Below are positions 62,700 through 64,000 of a DNA stretch of 64,000 nt, one piece after another (the stretch's first letter is position 1; each line of letters starts with the position of its first letter). Where the stretch lies: positions 2,356,001 through 2,420,000 of the forward strand of contig JAYWIR010000029.1 in assembly GCA_036172245.1 (NCBI GenBank), given 5' to 3'. The translations under genes were made by a program, and so were the position numbers. The notes under the pieces are model-generated. The model had not been told where the DNA came from. It searched no databases and worked only from the letters and a program-made list of their open reading frames with translations. The stretch is from Raillietiella orientalis (lineage: Eukaryota).

Positions 62700-63200
62700 A
62701 GACCACACGTCACACAAATTTAGAGATCACAGGGCGAGGCCGCACTGGGAGATCCCGCGTTCCGACCCTATTGTTCTGGACGCCATCGCAATACCTGGTG
62801 TGTCCAGCCGGTGATGGAGAGGAGAGGCATCGACCCAGCGGCCGCTTCAGGGAGACTCGAGAGTAGGGAGGTTGCGGAGCTGGAGGGAAGAAGTCTTACA
62901 GGAGCGCCTTTGGATGCTGGAGCCGTTCGGAGACCCTCGAGAGATGGGAACGCTCTGGAACACGAGGCATTCACATAATTCAGTGGCGCTCTATTCCTGC
63001 GCCCTGGGAGACCCTCGTCTTTGAACCCGGTCACAGATAAGAGACGCAGAGCGAGGGTTGTCCAGTCTTTCCTCTTCGGGCAAAGGAAGCAACGGGTGTG
63101 GAATGGTCAGGGGCTTGAGCTGCAGCTTTGAGTCCAATCGGCATCGCACATCAGCGACGTCATCCTGCTGTTTCGAGCCGACACGCGTCGTTCTTTCTGA
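62700..63200 (-). mobile_element. LINE ORF2 C-terminal zf-RVT fragment
   Basis: TRCFLCPK...(frameshift)...LICDRVQ. Confidence 0.4.
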
Positions 63201-63214
63201 GAGGGTTCGACGAG

Positions 63215-63378
63215 CTCCCTCTCCTCCTCTTTCCTCATTTCTTCCCTCCTCCTCTTTCCTCATTTCTTCCCTCCTCCTCCTTCCTTCCTTCGCCCTCCTT
63301 TCCTCCGCTTTTTTCTTCGTTTTGTCCTCCTCCTCCTCCTCTCCTTCTTCCTCTTTTCATTCCCCTCTCCCACTTCCT
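63215..63378 (+). repeat. Polypyrimidine (TCC/TTC-rich) tract
   Basis: About 160 nt of almost only C/T. Similar tract at ~22735-22820. Confidence 0.85.
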
Positions 63379-64000
63379 CGAGCTTCTCATTTTGAAGAGA
63401 TGCTGAGGTTCGTGTTTTGACTGCGCAGAAGCTGAGGCGCTCTCCGGAATCCGCACAACTGCAAGGAGATGATGCTCCCCCGCGAAGGGAGTAGAGAAGC
63501 AGAGGAGGAAGTCCGACAGCGCGTCGCTCCTTCCGGAGGCGGAGCTATTCCGCCTCAATTAGAAGAGAAGAGCATTGCGGGCAATAGAGGTAGATCCTCG
63601 CTTTCTTTCTGGACGAGGAAGAACGGCGGAACCTAAGATTTTGGAGGTTTCTGAGGAAGAGCTCAGAGCCTAGAGTATTCCCTACCTCATTTTCTTGGGT
63701 CACTTGAGGCTTTCTTCTCGTGACTCGAAGATGAGATGCACCCCGAAACGAAAGGAGTGCAATAAGAGTTTCTTGCCCAGAGGTTGGCCTGGAGGAAGAG
63801 CTCACTGGAGGCACCCGCGAGACAGAAAACCCGCGAGTCCACGAGTGAAGGAGCGCACGAGAGTAGAGTAAGGTGAAGATTTTCGGTATTTTTCGCATTC
63901 CTGGATACTGGAAGGAGATGGAAACTTCCGTTTCCCAGGTACCACTACCGTTCTTCTCCGTGGAGACATCAACTGTGCTGTGTGCACGCACACTGTAGAG

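Overview
Eukaryotic genomic DNA, most likely arthropod (inferred from a DUF4803 gene and a calexcitin-type gene). It falls into three compositional blocks. A GC/CpG-rich block (~1-29.3 kb) and a mostly GC-rich block (~44.1-64 kb) consist largely of nested, heavily frameshifted non-LTR retrotransposon remnants, mainly L1/Tx1-clade (ORF1 zinc knuckle, APE endonuclease, RT and C-terminal zf-RVT motifs on both strands). Two CR1/Jockey-like RT relics lie at ~40-43 kb and ~53-54 kb. Between the GC-rich blocks is an AT-rich island (~29.3-44.1 kb) with the only credible host genes: an intact two-exon secreted DUF4803-family gene (+, 34311-36362, 667 aa) and three internal exons of a calexcitin/SCP-type EF-hand gene (-, 43222-43630). 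All three resolvable introns are 45-48 nt. Most notable observations: a ~106-bp tandem tRNA-like (B-box) unit that sits downstream of Tx1-like 3' ends at two loci, a junction resembling a twin-priming 5' inversion, and a perfect 17-bp hairpin. Element boundaries are approximate and were read from degenerate motifs by eye. No prokaryotic system, CRISPR array, rRNA or intact tRNA is supported.
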